The notes beneath the pieces were generated by a model. The model searched no databases and was not told the DNA's origin. It saw only the letters and a list, made by a program, of their open reading frames with translations. A program made the position numbers and the translations under genes. A stretch of 64,000 nucleotides of DNA from positions 192,001-256,000 of the forward strand of contig CAVYZN010000008.1 of assembly GCA_963773065.1 (NCBI GenBank), read 5' to 3'. Position 1 is the stretch's first letter; each line of letters opens with the position of its first letter. This document shows, piece after piece, positions 35,872-48,110 of the stretch. This stretch comes from an uncultured Gammaproteobacteria bacterium (GTDB taxonomy: Bacteria; Pseudomonadota; Gammaproteobacteria; UBA9214).

Positions 35872-36196
35872 TTACCAGGGGAAATGCAATACAAAAAAGA
35901 TGTCTGTCAACTTCCCCATCTCTTCCGCTGACCCGCCGCTGGCCAGGGAAACCTGTTGAAGTTCACGCGGGGGCATCAGCGAGACACTCAGCCCACCGCC
36001 GGCATGACCCAAGCTGGCAAGCGTATATCCGTTCTTATCCTGCGGCGATGCCTGATAGATCGTATCGTATTGCGGAAAGAAGCTTAATGCGCTCACCGGC
36101 AATTGCGGCGGTGGTCATCACCACACCCAGAACCACGGCGGCAGCGAGCAAAAGGAGGGGGTCGGGCTTTCTGTAATGGCATTTACCTCTGATCAT
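35872..36196 (-). CDS. Small exported hypothetical protein (frameshift near 36090)
   Basis: AAGGAG RBS; MIRGKCHYRKPDPLLLLAAAVVLGVVMTTAAIAGE joins ORF 35872-36102, ending FFVLHFPW. Confidence 0.55.
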
Positions 36197-36350
36197 GTCC
36201 GCCTCTCCTTAATCCGTCACCCCTTTTAAGGGGGATGACTTTAGGGTGGCGGAATGTGTCAATGATTTCCGCCAACCCGATCACATTTCCGAGATCGGCT
36301 TGACATGGCCATGCCAGGCCACATCCTGAATACAGCTAACCTGTTGCAAT

Positions 36351-36566
36351 TCAGACGGTTGAACCCTTGTACTTCGGGTCCACCCAGCACCGTGGCAACG
36401 GCTCGCCCGAGGGGAAAACCAGCGTGGACTTGTTGAAACTGGTCGGTTCCTGGAGTTCTTCACCGGCGTGATACCGGCCTGGCAGTTCATCCCGGCACGG
36501 GTCTACCATGACCGTCATATCCAGCACTTCAACCAGATCGCCATTATGTTTATTCCTGAGATACAT
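36351..36566 (-). CDS. Small conserved hypothetical protein (homologs often labelled acetyltransferase)
   Basis: AAGGAGG RBS; GDLVEV...HAGEELQEP..F.K..L.FPSGEPLPRCW. Confidence 0.8.
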   Translation of the reverse strand: MYLRNKHNGDLVEVLDMTVMVDPCRDELPGRYHAGEELQEPTSFNKSTLVFPSGEPLPRCWVDPKYKGSTV

Positions 36567-36787
36567 GACATCCTCCTTAATGGGCTATTCAGAAAAACTA
36601 TAATAATATTATACCCATTGGAAGCGGCTATCATGGTCTGATTTAGCGGCCGAATGTGCATGACAGACACCACCACGGCGAGCGAAAATAGCATCGTGCG
36701 GATTATCCCGGATTTGCTGGTCAGGATTTTGTCACCGCAGCCCGTAAAGCGTACCCTTGTGTCCTTAATGCGCAAGTCACCACATGA

Positions 36788-37171
36788 ATGAAGAGCGAAA
36801 CCTTGCATAACATCACTGTTGAAGTCGAGACCCGGTACATCGAAGGGCAATCAGAGCCCGCCAATGACCGTTATGTGTTCTCCTACACCATCACCATACG
36901 CAATGAGGGCGCCGTCCCCGCCCAGTTGCTGTCGCGGCACTGGGTCATCACCGATGCCAATGGCAACGTGCAGGAGGTCAAGGGCGAGGGTGTGGTCGGT
37001 GAACAACCCCACCTCAATCCCGGCGAGGGCTTCCAGTACACCAGCGGCGCCATGATCGCCACGCCGGTCGGGAGCATGCACGGCACCTACCAGATGGTCG
37101 CGGACAACGGCGATGAATTCGACGCCGAGATTCCGGCTTTTACTCTCGCCATACCCCGCACCCTCCATTAG
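36788..37171 (+). CDS. apaG: ApaG protein
   Basis: YVFSYTITI, RHWVITDA, GEGVVGEQP. Confidence 0.95.
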   Translation: MKSETLHNITVEVETRYIEGQSEPANDRYVFSYTITIRNEGAVPAQLLSRHWVITDANGNVQEVKGEGVVGEQPHLNPGEGFQYTSGAMIATPVGSMHGTYQMVADNGDEFDAEIPAFTLAIPRTLH

Positions 37172-37188
37172 CAACCGGTCATCGGCAG

Positions 37189-38046
37189 ATGGCCGTTTAT
37201 GCCATAGGCGACATCCAGGGCTGCTATGACGAGCTGCGGGAGCTGCTCGTAAAAATCCGCTTCGACAAGGATCACGACCGGCTCTGGTTTGTCGGAGACC
37301 TGGTCAACCGGGGACCGAAATCACTCGAGACACTGCGTTTCGTCCGTGCGCTCGGGCCTGTCGCGATCACGGTGCTCGGCAATCATGACCTGCATCTGCT
37401 GGCGGCAGCCCATGGAATCCGCCCGGACAACATCGATGATGACACCCTGGAACCGATACTCGCCGCGCCTGACCGGGATGAGTTGATCGACTGGTTACGC
37501 CGGCAGCCGCTGCTGCATTACGACCGGGGTCTGGGTTATCTCATGGTTCATGCCGGGCTGCCGCCGCAGTGGGATCTGAAACTGGCGCAGCAGTGCGCCG
37601 GCGAGGTCGAGACGGTGTTGCGGGGTAGCGGGCTGCCGGCGTTTCTCACCCGGATGTATGGCAACAAACCCAAACAATGGTCCGAAGAACTCACCGGCTG
37701 GGACCGCCTGCGCTTCATCGTCAACTGCTTCACCCGCATGCGCTTTTGCGACCGTAATGGACGATTGGATCTGAAGACCACGGGACCGCCCGGAAGTCAG
37801 CCGGAGGGTTTTTATCCCTGGTTCGAGATTCCCGCGCGCGCCAGCCAGGGAATGAACATCATTTTCGGTCACTGGTCCACCCTGCGAACCCCGGACATCC
37901 CCGGCGTTTACCCGATCGATTCGGGATGCCTGTGGGGCGGGCTACTGACGGCGCTGCGGATCGACACCCGGCCCGAGCGTATCGACCTGCCCTGCCCGGG
38001 ATGGCTGGCGCCGGGCAATGGCCAACAGGCTGTTAATCGAGTTTGA
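37189..38046 (+). CDS. apaH: Symmetrical diadenosine tetraphosphatase
   Basis: GDIQGC, GDLVNRG, LGNHD, FGHWS, DSGCLWGG. Confidence 0.95.
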   Translation: MAVYAIGDIQGCYDELRELLVKIRFDKDHDRLWFVGDLVNRGPKSLETLRFVRALGPVAITVLGNHDLHLLAAAHGIRPDNIDDDTLEPILAAPDRDELIDWLRRQPLLHYDRGLGYLMVHAGLPPQWDLKLAQQCAGEVETVLRGSGLPAFLTRMYGNKPKQWSEELTGWDRLRFIVNCFTRMRFCDRNGRLDLKTTGPPGSQPEGFYPWFEIPARASQGMNIIFGHWSTLRTPDIPGVYPIDSGCLWGGLLTALRIDTRPERIDLPCPGWLAPGNGQQAVNRV

Positions 38047-38550
38047 TCAGCCCGTATCCTGCGGGGCCACGCGCTCGAGCCGGATAAAACTGTAGGGCCA
38101 GGGGTTCTTCTCGTCCGGCTCGCAGTCCGTTCGCTCAACCTCCCGCCATTCACCTACATTCAGCTCCGGGAACAGGGCATCACCCTCGAATTCCTCGTGG
38201 ACCAGGGTCAGATAGATACGATCGGCCTTCGGCAACAGTTGCCAGTAAAAATCCGTGCCACCGATCACCATCACTTCCTCATGATCGCCTGCCGCCTTAA
38301 GCGCACTCTCGATAGAGTGCACGACGACACACCCTGGAGCCGCGTAAGCGTGGTCGCGGGTGACGACGATATTGGTACGCTCCGGCAAGGGACGGCCGAT
38401 CGATTCATAGGTTTTGCGCCCCATCAGGATCGGCTTGCCGAGAGTCACCCGCTTGAAGTGCCTGAGATCCGCCGGCAGGCGCCAGGGGAGCCGGTTATCC
38501 CGTCCGATGACACGGTTGGCGGCCATCGCCACCACGATGGCGATTTTCAT
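38047..38550 (-). CDS. folA: Dihydrofolate reductase
   Basis: IG..N.LPW.LPADL, MGRKTYESI.RPLP.R, IGG. Confidence 0.95.
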   Translation of the reverse strand: MKIAIVVAMAANRVIGRDNRLPWRLPADLRHFKRVTLGKPILMGRKTYESIGRPLPERTNIVVTRDHAYAAPGCVVVHSIESALKAAGDHEEVMVIGGTDFYWQLLPKADRIYLTLVHEEFEGDALFPELNVGEWREVERTDCEPDEKNPWPYSFIRLERVAPQDTG

Positions 38551-38558
38551 GGGGCCGC

Positions 38559-39353
38559 TCAAACCGCCACCGGCGCCTTGATAGGCGGATACGGGTCGTA
38601 ATGCTGCAACGCGAAGTCCTCGAAGGTAAAGGCGAACAGATCCTCGATCGCGGGATTGATGCGCATGACGGGCAAGGGCTTCGGTGTGCGCGATAGTTGC
38701 AAATCGGCCTGTTCCAAGTGGTTAAGATAGAGGTGCGCATCACCCAGGGTATGCACGAACTCCCCTGCCTGCAGGCCTGTCACCTGGGCCATCATCTGCG
38801 TCAGCAGTGCATAGGAGGCGATATTGAACGGGACGCCCAGAAAAATATCCGCGCTGCGCTGGTACATCTGGCAGGAGAGTTTCCCGTTTGCCACGTAGAA
38901 CTGGAAAAAGGCATGGCAGGGCGGCAACGCCATTTTTTCGATCTCTCCCACATTCCAGGCGCTGACGATGAGGCGGCGGGAATGGGGATTGTTTTTTATC
39001 TGGTCGATGACCTGGCCGATCTGATCGATGTGACGGCCATCGGCCGTCGCCCAGGAACGCCATTGGGAACCGTAGATCGGCCCCAGTTCGCCATTCTCAT
39101 CCGCCCACTCATCCCAGATGGTGACGTTGTGGTCGTGCAGGTAGGCAACGTTGGTATCGCCCTTCAGGAACCACAGCAGCTCGTGAACGATGGAGCGCAG
39201 GTGCAGTTTCTTGGTGGTGACCAGCGGGAACCCCGCAGCGAGATCGAAGCGCATCTGGTAGCCGAACACGCTGAGCGTGCCGGTGCCGGTCCGGTCTTCC
39301 TTGCGCACACCGTGATCGCGCACCTGGCGCATCAGGTCAAGGTATTGCTTCAT
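38559..39353 (-). CDS. thyA: Thymidylate synthase
   Basis: DRTGTGT, ALPPCH, YQRSAD.FLGVPFN. Confidence 0.97.
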   Translation of the reverse strand: MKQYLDLMRQVRDHGVRKEDRTGTGTLSVFGYQMRFDLAAGFPLVTTKKLHLRSIVHELLWFLKGDTNVAYLHDHNVTIWDEWADENGELGPIYGSQWRSWATADGRHIDQIGQVIDQIKNNPHSRRLIVSAWNVGEIEKMALPPCHAFFQFYVANGKLSCQMYQRSADIFLGVPFNIASYALLTQMMAQVTGLQAGEFVHTLGDAHLYLNHLEQADLQLSRTPKPLPVMRINPAIEDLFAFTFEDFALQHYDPYPPIKAPVAV

Positions 39354-39370
39354 GGTTTGCCGTTATCCAG

Positions 39371-40174
39371 CTACCAACTGACGGCGCCGTCGGTGCGCCG
39401 GTAGGCGTAGGCAAGAAACGCGGCGCCCAGGACGATCATGGGCAGGGACAGCAGATGCCCCATCGTGAGCCAGCCGAAGGCGATAAACCCCATCTGCGCG
39501 TCCGGCTGGCGCATGAACTCGACCAGGAAGCGGAACACGCCGTAACACAGCAGAAACAGGCCGGACACGGCCATGGTGGGACGCGGCCTGCTCGAGTAAA
39601 CCCACAGGATGACAAACAGCACCACGCCCTCGAGCAGCGCCTCATAGAGCATCGAGGGATGGCGCGGCTGGGCGTCCACGAAGGGAAACACCATCCCCCA
39701 GGGCAGGTCGGTGGGCCGTCCCCAGAGTTCGCCATTGATGAAATTGCCGATGCGCCCGGCGCCGAGCCCGACGGGAATCAAGGGTGCGATATAGTCCGTC
39801 ACCTGGAAGAATGTCCGGCCGGTGCGCCGCGCATAGAGCCACATCGCGAACAACACACCCACCAGGCCGCCATGGAAGGACATGCCGCCCTGCCAGATGC
39901 GCAGCAGCACCAGGGGATCGGCGAGAAACCCGGAGAAGTTGTACACCAGGGTGTAACCGATGCGCCCGCCGAGCACCACGCCGAGCGCGGCATAGAATAC
40001 CAGATCGCCGATTTCCACCGCGCGCCAACCGGTGCCGGGACGGCGGGTGCGCAGCCGCCCGAGCCACCAGCCGCCCATAAACCCGACCAGGTACATGAGA
40101 CCATACCAGTGCACCTCGAGCGGGCCCACGCTGATCGCGACGGGGCTTATGTCCGGGTAAATCAGCATACTCAA
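39371..40174 (-). CDS. lgt: Prolipoprotein diacylglyceryl transferase
   Basis: [37 protein letters not shown]. Confidence 0.95.
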   Translation of the reverse strand: MSMLIYPDISPVAISVGPLEVHWYGLMYLVGFMGGWWLGRLRTRRPGTGWRAVEIGDLVFYAALGVVLGGRIGYTLVYNFSGFLADPLVLLRIWQGGMSFHGGLVGVLFAMWLYARRTGRTFFQVTDYIAPLIPVGLGAGRIGNFINGELWGRPTDLPWGMVFPFVDAQPRHPSMLYEALLEGVVLFVILWVYSSRPRPTMAVSGLFLLCYGVFRFLVEFMRQPDAQMGFIAFGWLTMGHLLSLPMIVLGAAFLAYAYRRTDGAVSW

Positions 40175-41376
40175 TCCCGTGCCGGCAATACCCGGCAGAA
40201 CAATGTCTTCAGATAGGCCGTTTCCGGTATGGCGGGATGGACCGGATGATCCATGGCCTGAAAGCCCCGCTCCAGGACCTGCAGGCGCCGGCCGGAATCG
40301 CGCGCCGCCTGGAGCAGGAGCTGCTGCAGGCGTTCGGCAGCCAGATGCATGGAGCAGGAGGATGATATCAGGAACCCGCCCGGCTCCAACAGTTGCAGGG
40401 CCTGGCGATTGAGGCGGTGGTAGGCACCCTCGCCGCTTTGGATATCCTTGCGCCGCTTGATAAACGCCGGCGGATCGACCATGACGACATCGAAACGCCG
40501 GTTCGCGGCCTGCAGCGCGCCGATGACCTCGAAGGCATCCCCGCTTTCCACCCGCACGCGCGCCTCCAGGCCGTTGGCCGCCGCATTGCGCAGCAGGAGT
40601 TCCCGCGCCGGCGCCGAGGAATCCACGCAGCAGACCTCCGCGGCGCCGGCGAACGCCGCCTGCAGACCCCAGGCGCCGATATAGCTGAACACATCGAGCA
40701 CGCGCCGGCCGCCGACGTACTTGTGCATGGCCAGCCGGTTGCCGCGCTGGTCGAAGAACCAGCCGGTCTTCTGGCCCTCGCCCAAGGGCGCCTCGAATTG
40801 CACGCCGCCCTCTTCGAGGCGCACGCAGGCGGGCACCACGCCGATGGTTTCAACATAGGAATCCAGCCGCTCCAGTTCGCGCACCGGGGTATCGTTGCGC
40901 AGCAACACCCCCTTGACGTCCAGCACGCGCCGCAGCGCGCCCAGGATTTCCGCCTTGCAGCGCTCCATGCCGGCCGTGGTGATCTGCATCACCAGCACCT
41001 CGCCGTAGCGGTCGACGATCAGGCCGGGAAGGCCGTCGCCCTCGCCATACACCAGCCGGTAATACGGCCTGTCGAACAGCGCCTCCCGCAACGCCAGCGC
41101 CGTTTGTATCCTGTGCGCGAAGAACGCTTCATCGAATGCCGCGTCGGCGCGGCGGGTCACGAGCCGCGCGCAGATGAGCGTATGGGGATTGATGTAGCCG
41201 GTACCGAGGCTTCGGCCGGCGGAGGATTGGATGTTGACCGCGCCGCCCGGTTCAAACGCGGGCAGCGGGGTCTTGCGCGTATCGACCTCGTTGCTGTACA
41301 CCCACAGGTGACCGGCCAGCAGGCGACGTTCCTCGTTCTTCTTCAGCATCAGGACCGGAAGCGAGGCTGCGGGCAT
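40171..41376 (-). CDS. RlmI/RlmK-like SAM-dependent 23S rRNA methyltransferase (alternative start at 41409)
   Basis: [36 protein letters not shown]. Confidence 0.88.
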   Translation of the reverse strand: MPAASLPVLMLKKNEERRLLAGHLWVYSNEVDTRKTPLPAFEPGGAVNIQSSAGRSLGTGYINPHTLICARLVTRRADAAFDEAFFAHRIQTALALREALFDRPYYRLVYGEGDGLPGLIVDRYGEVLVMQITTAGMERCKAEILGALRRVLDVKGVLLRNDTPVRELERLDSYVETIGVVPACVRLEEGGVQFEAPLGEGQKTGWFFDQRGNRLAMHKYVGGRRVLDVFSYIGAWGLQAAFAGAAEVCCVDSSAPARELLLRNAAANGLEARVRVESGDAFEVIGALQAANRRFDVVMVDPPAFIKRRKDIQSGEGAYHRLNRQALQLLEPGGFLISSSCSMHLAAERLQQLLLQAARDSGRRLQVLERGFQAMDHPVHPAIPETAYLKTLFCRVLPARD

Positions 41377-41410
41377 GCGGGTAGCGGAAACGGTGGGCCA
41401 GTGCGGCATT

Positions 41411-43006
41411 CTACGGTAAAAGCGTCGGATCGGCCGCAAGCACGCGACCCTCCCAGATCGCCAGATGGCCGCCGCGATAGGGTTGGTCGAAGACGGCGGC
41501 GGAGTGTCCGGCCGCCGGGCCGGGATAATAGGCGATGACATAACCCTCCGGGTGTTCCCTGGACCATGCCGGCGCCTGCTCCGGGGGCAGGTTCTCGATG
41601 GGGCGCGCCAGCCGGCCGTAAAAACCGAACTGGCCGTGATACTCGGACAGAGCTGGCGACCGGCCGCCCCGCCGCCTGGGCCGCGGCGATCACCCGGCTG
41701 GCCTCGCGCAGGTCATAGGCCGGCGCGGCGATCCGGAAGACGCCGAGGTACACGATGGAGAGGACCCCGGCGGACAGGACCGCCACCATGACCGGGTATT
41801 GTTCCATGCGCAGCGGTTTCATCAGCGCCAGTGCTACGGCGCCGGCGATGAGCGCGCCACCCCAGAGCGGGCTGACCGAACCCGCCCACGGCGGCGCGGC
41901 GAACAGGGAGGGGGCCGCCACCAGGAACATGCCGCCAAGCAATAACAGGACGGCCAGCGCCCGCGGCCGCCGTGTCGCGCCCTGTTGCTCCGCCAGCGAC
42001 AGCACGCGTGAGACCAGCAGGGCAAACGCCGGCAACACGGGCAGCAGATACTTGAGCTGCTTGCCGCTCGTGATGCTCATGAGCAGCAGCGTGGACAACA
42101 GCCAGACCAGACACAGGCGCAGGCCGGTATCGCCGGGATGGCGCATCGACCGCCACAGGTATTTCCACAGCCAGGGCAACAACAGCCAGGGCGCGAACAG
42201 CACCGGCAACCAGGGGAGATACCACCACCCGGGTTGGGCATGGGCGAAGGCGCTCACCATCCGCTCGGCCGTCTGTCCCCACAGGAGCGCGTGCCGGTAG
42301 TCCTCGCCACCCGACCTGCGCCGCCGGCAACACCCAGGCAAGCGCGATCATGGCCCCGAGCAGCAGACTCGCGCCGATACCCGCGTACCAGGACCGCCAG
42401 GAACACAGTGGCTGGTCACGCAGCCAGACCGGTCCCAGCAGGGCCGCCGGCAGGACATGCAGCAGAATCACCGGCCCCTTGGCCAGACCGCCGAGCCCGA
42501 GGCAGAGCCCGGTGAGCAGCCAGCCGCCGCGCCTACCCTCGCCCGCCGCCACGAGACCGGTCATGGCGAGTACGGTAAACAGCACCAGCAGCATGTCGAA
42601 CTGCACCCAGGTGTAAAAGGCCGTCCAGACGATGCAGCCGAAACAGGACCCAGGGCACGAGTTGTCGCGTCATGGCATCCCGCGGCCAGAGCCGCCAGGC
42701 CAGGTTTGCCGTCGCCCACAGCGCGGCCAGCGAGACGAGCGCGGCCACGCAGCGCGGCCACCACTCGTTGACTCCGAACAACCACCAACCGGCGTGGATC
42801 AGCCAGAAAAACAGCGGCGGCTTGTCGCTGTAGGGCGCGCCGTTGAGATACGGGACGAGAAAATCCCCGCGCCGCCACATCTCCCAGGCGACGCCGACAT
42901 AGCGCGTTTCATCGACGGGCAACAGCGGGCGCGTCAGCAGGGACAGCAGCAGAAGCAGCAGCCACAGCGCCAGCAGACCCAGCGGCGCCCATGAACGCGG
43001 CGTCAT
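41411..43006 (-). CDS. ArnT-like GT-C glycosyltransferase (several frameshifts)
   Basis: DETRY..VAWEM, YSDKPPL, KGPV, HAQPGWWY, SGKQ.KYLLP. Confidence 0.85.
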
Positions 43007-43290
43007 CCGCCGCCGGCCGCCGGCCGGTCATCGCGGCGTTCCCGGTAGATGAAATACAGGTTGCGCGCATAGATCAAGAGGCCGCCGGCCTGGCCGGCGA
43101 TGAACACCGGGTCCTGGCGGTAGATGGCGTAACTCAACAGGGTCACCCCTCCCGCCAGGCTGAAAAACCAGAAGGCCACGGGGATGACGCTGCGTTTCCG
43201 CCGTTCGCTGTACCACCACTGGATGATAAAACGCATCGAAAACAGCGCCTGTCCCGTAAACCCGACCACCAGCCAGAATATGCCCTGCAT
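43003..43290 (-). CDS. Lipid-A-disaccharide synthase N-terminal (LAB_N) domain membrane protein
   Basis: GQALFSMRFIIQW..SE....SVIPVAFW...DPVFI.GQ...IYARN. Confidence 0.88.
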   Translation of the reverse strand: MQGIFWLVVGFTGQALFSMRFIIQWWYSERRKRSVIPVAFWFFSLAGGVTLLSYAIYRQDPVFIAGQAGGLLIYARNLYFIYRERRDDRPAAGGG

Positions 43291-43293
43291 CCG

Positions 43294-44013
43294 CTACTCC
43301 CCTTCCTCGACCACCGGCCGCAGCGCGCGGCGTTTGAGCCACCACACCCCCAGCAGGTCCACGATCCCGACCCAGAGGCGGTTGTTAAGGCCATATTTCG
43401 AGCGCCCGCCGGTGCGCTCGCGATGCGTGATCTCAACCGACAGCACCCGCCCGCCCTGGCGTTGCACCAGCGCCGGCAGGAAGCGGTGCATGTGATCGAA
43501 GCGCGGCAGACTGGCAAAGGTTTCGCGCGCGAACGCCTTGAGACCGCAGGCGCTGTCCGGCGTGCCATCGCCAAGCACCAGGTGCGCGCACCCGGTTGGC
43601 GATGCGGGATGAAACGAGCTCTCAGCACTACTGTCCCGGCGCGACACGCGATGGCCGATGACCAGCGCGACATCCGCCGGCTGCCTTCCGCAGGGTGCGG
43701 TAGAACGCAGAATGTCGGCCGGGTCGTTCTGCCCGTCGCCGTCCAGGGTGACGATCCAGGCGGAGCGCGCCGCGGCGACGCCGGTGGCGATGGCCGCCGA
43801 CTGCCCGCAGCGGGTCCGGTGGCGGATAACCTTCAGTCGCGGATAGCGCTCGCGGCAGCGGGACAGTTCGGCGCGGGTGGCATCGGTACTGCCGTCATCC
43901 ACCACGATGATTTCGTACCCCGCCTGCCCGGTGAGGGCGGCGGTGATTTCCTCAAGCAGCGGAGCTAGGCTTTCCGCCTCATTCAGAACCGGGATGACGA
44001 TGGCAAGATCCAC
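43294..44013 (-). CDS. GT2 polyprenol-phosphate glycosyltransferase
   Basis: [39 protein letters not shown]. Confidence 0.9.
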   Translation of the reverse strand: MDLAIVIPVLNEAESLAPLLEEITAALTGQAGYEIIVVDDGSTDATRAELSRCRERYPRLKVIRHRTRCGQSAAIATGVAAARSAWIVTLDGDGQNDPADILRSTAPCGRQPADVALVIGHRVSRRDSSAESSFHPASPTGCAHLVLGDGTPDSACGLKAFARETFASLPRFDHMHRFLPALVQRQGGRVLSVEITHRERTGGRSKYGLNNRLWVGIVDLLGVWWLKRRALRPVVEEGE

Positions 44014-44130
44014 GCGATTTCCCTACAGCAGGTGGGTTGTAAACCTTCTTCCCAGGCGACACGCTATGATTATCCAAGTCCGGCAGACCCCTACCGCACG
44101 ATGCCTGTTGACCGGCACTTCCCCCTGGCC

Positions 44131-46228
44131 ATGAGCGAGCACAGCGACTATACCAACCAACTCATCAACGAGACCAGCCCTTACCTGCTGCAGCATGCGC
44201 ACAACCCGGTGAACTGGTATCCCTGGGGACCCGCGGCGCTGGAGAAGGCGCGCAGCGAGAACAAGCCCATCCTGCTCTCGGTGGGTTACTCGGCCTGTCA
44301 CTGGTGCCACGTCATGGCGCACGAGTCCTTCGAGGACCCGGCGACCGCCGACCTCATGAACCGGCTGTTCGTCAACATCAAGGTCGACCGGGAGGAGCGC
44401 CCGGACATCGACAGGATCTACCAGACCTCCCACTCCTTATTGACCCGAAGGCCGGGCGGCTGGCCGCTGACCGTGTTCCTGACGCCGGATGACCGGGTGC
44501 CGTTCTTCGCCGGCACCTATTTCCCGAACGAACCCCGGCACGGCATGCCGTCCTTCCGGGAGTTGATGCAGCGCATCGTCGGCTTCCTCGCCGAACACCC
44601 GAACGAGATACGCGACCAGAACGCCTCCCTGCTTAAGGCCCTGCAATCCCTCGACGGCGATGAGCGGCGGCGCGTGCACCCTCAGCCCGCTGCCGCTCGA
44701 TACCGCCCGCCGGCAGCTCGAGCAGAGTTTCGATGAACGCCACGGCGGTTTCGGCCAGGCTCCGAAGTTCCCGCACCCGACCAACCTGGAATGCCTGCTG
44801 CGGCACTGGGCCGGCACCTGCCGCCATGGCGGCGGGAGCGACCGGCGCGCCCTGCACATGGCGGTGTTTACGCTGGAGAAAATGGCGCAGGGCGGCATCT
44901 ACGACCAGTTGGGCGGCGGCTTCTGCCGTTATTCCGTGGATGATCGCTGGATGATCCCCCACTTCGAGAAGATGCTTTACGACAACGGCGCCCTGCTCGC
45001 GCTCTACGCGCAGGCGTATGCCGCGACCGGCAACGCGCTGTTCAAGCGCACCTGTGAACAGACCGCCGCCTGGGTGATGCGCGAAATGCAGGCGCCCGAG
45101 GGCGGCTACTATTCCAGCCTGGATGCGGATTCCGAAGGCGAGGAAGGCCGGTTCTACATCTGGACGCCGCGGGAAATCGAGCCGCTGCTGGAGCCGGCGG
45201 ACTACGCGCTGTTCGCGCGCCACTTCGGCCTCGACCGGCCCGCCAACTTCGAGGGCCATTGGCACCTGCACGTCTATCGCAGCCGCACGCAGCTCGCCGG
45301 GGAATTTTCCCTCACCCTCGACGAGGTCGACCGCCGCATCGACCGGGCCTGCGCGACGCTGCTCGCGGTGCGCGCGCGGCGGGTGCGCCCGGGGCGCGAT
45401 GAGAAGATACTGACCGCCTGGAACGGGCTGATGATCCGCGGCATGGCGATCGCGGGACGCCACCTCGACAACCCGGCCTGGATCGCGTCCGCGGAGCGCG
45501 CGGTCGATTTCATCCGGCAGCGTCTTTGGCAAGACGGCCGCCTGCTGGCCACGTGCAAGGAGGGCCGCGCGCATCTCAACGCCTACCTCGACGATCATGT
45601 CTATCTGATCGATGGCCTCCTGGAACTGCTGCAGGCGCGCTGGCGCGACGCCGACCTGGCGTTTGCCGTGGAACTCGCCGAGGTGGTGCTCGCCCATTTC
45701 CGCGATCCCTCCGGCGGCTTTTTCTTCACCTCGGACGATCACGAGGCGCTGATCCAGCGGCCCAAGGCGAACCACGACGACGCCACGCCCTCCGGCAACG
45801 GCATCGCCGCCACGGTGCTCTTCCGGCTCGGGCACCTGCTGGGTGAAACCCGTTACCTGCAGGCCGCGGAGCAGACCGTGAAGGGCCTCTGGCCGAGCCT
45901 CGAGTCCATGCCGCACGGCCATGCGAGCCTGCTGGTCGCGCTGGAAGACGCCGTCTCGCCCGGACAGACGGTGATCCTGCGCGGCGGCGCGGAGGCCATG
46001 GGAGACTGGCGCAAGCGCTTGAACCGGACCTATGCGCCGCGACGCCTGGCGCTGGCCATCCCGGCAACCGAGGCCACGCTGCCCGGCATGCTGGCGAACT
46101 ACACGCCGCAGGGAGAGGTGGTCGCCTATGCCTGCACGGGTTTACAATGCGGCCCGCCGGTCACGCGCTTCAGCGACTTCGAGGCCCTGCTCGCCGAAAC
46201 GGACGCGACCGCAACCGAAGCGGACTAG
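44131..46228 (+). CDS. Thioredoxin-domain DUF255 (YyaL/SPATA20-like) protein (frameshift near 44660)
   Basis: [50 protein letters not shown]. Confidence 0.92.
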
Positions 46229-46236
46229 CGTTGTGA

Positions 46237-46376
46237 TTTACCGCAGAGACGCAGAATACTCAGAGAAAAACATTGCCTGATAAAATCGCGTTGATCACAT
46301 CCCCGTCATCCCCGCAAGTCGCAACGAATGAACCAGTGAATTTTCATTGCGAATTTCTCTGCGCCTTTGCGGTGAA
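46237..46376. repeat. ACCGCAGAGACGC inverted-repeat element
   Basis: tttaccgcagagacgcagaatactcagag ... ctctgcgcctttgcggtgaa. Confidence 0.8.
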
Positions 46377-46405
46377 TAATTAACCCTCATTTACAACACG
46401 TCACG

Positions 46406-46806
46406 ATGGATACCACAAGCAGCTTGCAGCTACCCGGCGCCCAACTGGAGCGCATCGAACGGGGCGACGACGACATCACCCTGCACTTCTCGCTGGTTCA
46501 CCTCGTCCAGGTGATGGAAGGCACCATCCAGGACACCCTGTGGAAACAGGCATGCGATCTGGTCATCAGGAACGTGGCGATCCAAGGCGAACTGCCGCCG
46601 TGCCCGTGCGAGATCCAGGGCGGTGACATGATCAACAACATCTACACCTACCGCGACCACGCCCCCCTGCCGATCGACTGGAGCGGCAGCGTCGGCTGCA
46701 AGTTCAGCTCGCCGGCAGCGGCGCCGTGTTCTCGATCGACGGCACCTCCATGCAAATGGAAATGATCGACCACCCGCGTTACATCAGGCACATCGACAAA
46801 ATCTGA
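46406..46806 (+). CDS. Hypothetical protein (frameshift near 46710)
   Basis: Host-like codon usage; continues ...MEMIDHPRYIRHIDKI* in another frame. Confidence 0.6.
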
Positions 46807-46838
46807 GGTTGCATGTAAAAGAAAGCCCTGATTCAGCC

Positions 46839-46866
46839 TGTCATTCCCGCGCAAGCGGGAATCCAG
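46839..46866. repeat. GTCATTCCCGC-type REP-like palindrome
   Basis: tgtcattcccgcgcaagcgggaatccag. Confidence 0.7.
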
Positions 46867-46889
46867 TCTGTCCAGGATCTCTTTATTAC

Positions 46890-46958
46890 GAATTACACTG
46901 GTATGAGGCAACGGGTATTGGTAAGAAGGAATTCAAGATTAAACGCTATATAGATTGA
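46890..46958 (+). pseudogene. C-terminal fragment of the upstream partner of a small two-gene TA-like pair
   Basis: ELHWYEATGIGKKEFKIKRYID*. Confidence 0.55.
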
Positions 46959-46968
46959 GGATGCAGCG

Positions 46969-47199
46969 ATGACTACTATGACTTCGCGTCAGTTGGTTAT
47001 ATGTGTAAAGAATGAAGACTATCCAGCCTCACTTGAGAAACGGAAGATATATGAGGCAATTCCAGATCCGGTGGCAGAAAAGCATGGCCAGATCCGGGTC
47101 ATAGATGAGTCTGGCGAGGATTATTTGTTTCCGCAAGAATATTTTATTCCCGTATCACTTCCCAAGAACATAGAAGAAGCCGTAATAAAAGCCGCATAA
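46969..47199 (+). CDS. Small hypothetical protein of a TA-like pair; stop codon overlaps an attC-like R'' box
   Basis: CVKNEDYPASLEKRKIY...RVIDESGEDYLFP; ends GCATAAC. Confidence 0.75.
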   Translation: MTTMTSRQLVICVKNEDYPASLEKRKIYEAIPDPVAEKHGQIRVIDESGEDYLFPQEYFIPVSLPKNIEEAVIKAA

Positions 47200-47383
47200 C
47201 ACCCCGTTCAACGGGGACTCGCAAAAAGGATCACCGAAGACAGTGTACTTATTTCCTGAGAACAGGCATTCGCTCATCGCTAACTTTAGTAAACTGTCGC
47301 TGGAATTCGACCAACACCGCGCTCCGATTCAACTCAATCCGCGCGGCGGATAAACGCTATTCGTCAGGCAACATTGAGCAGTC

Positions 47384-48110
47384 ATGGAGAAAGAGCAGAT
47401 TCTGAAGGACATTAGACGCCTTGCTGCCGCAAGCGGCGGCAAGCCGCCCGGAAGTCAGAGATTCCAATCGGAAATGAACCTCGGCAAAGCCGACTGGTAC
47501 CCTAAGTACTGGCTTCGTTGGAGCGACGCGATTCGCGAAGCTGGTCTTGAGCCGAACACCTTGAGCGCGCGTTTTGATGAAGAATTCTTGATCAAATGCT
47601 ACCTTGATCTAACTCGCGAGCTTGGTCGTTTCCCGATCGAGGGCGACTTGATGGTTAAGCGCCGCGGAGATCGGAACTTTCCGAATCGGGATGCTTTCGC
47701 CCGTCTGGGATCAAAGGCCGAACGGGCTATCAAGATTCTCGCTTACTGTCACGAGCACGGTGATTTCGCATCTCTGGTTCCCTTAGTAGAATCCGCAGTT
47801 ATTGCGACGTCGCCAGAAAACGGGGAATCGTCGGAGCAGCCGACTGTTGGCTATGTATACCTCCTGCGGCATGGTATACGCCGGTGAATTCAAGATTGGT
47901 CGCACGAACAATCCAATGCGGCGAGAAGGTGAAATCGGCATCGAGCTCCCGCAGGCTCTCAAGCCGATTCACGTCATTGCCACTGATGATCCGGCGGGCA
48001 TTGAGGCTTACTGGCATCGTCGGTTCGTTGAAAAGCGGTTGAAAAATGAGTGGTTTGCCTTGTCGCCCGCGGATGTTCTGGCATTCAAGAGATGGAAACG
48101 CATTATTTGA
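47384..48110 (+). CDS. GIY-YIG (MUG113/T5orf172-like) nuclease-family protein (frameshift near 47880)
   Basis: WSDAIREAGL repeats; GYVYL...FKIGRT...EAYWHRRF..KR..NEWFAL. Confidence 0.8.
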
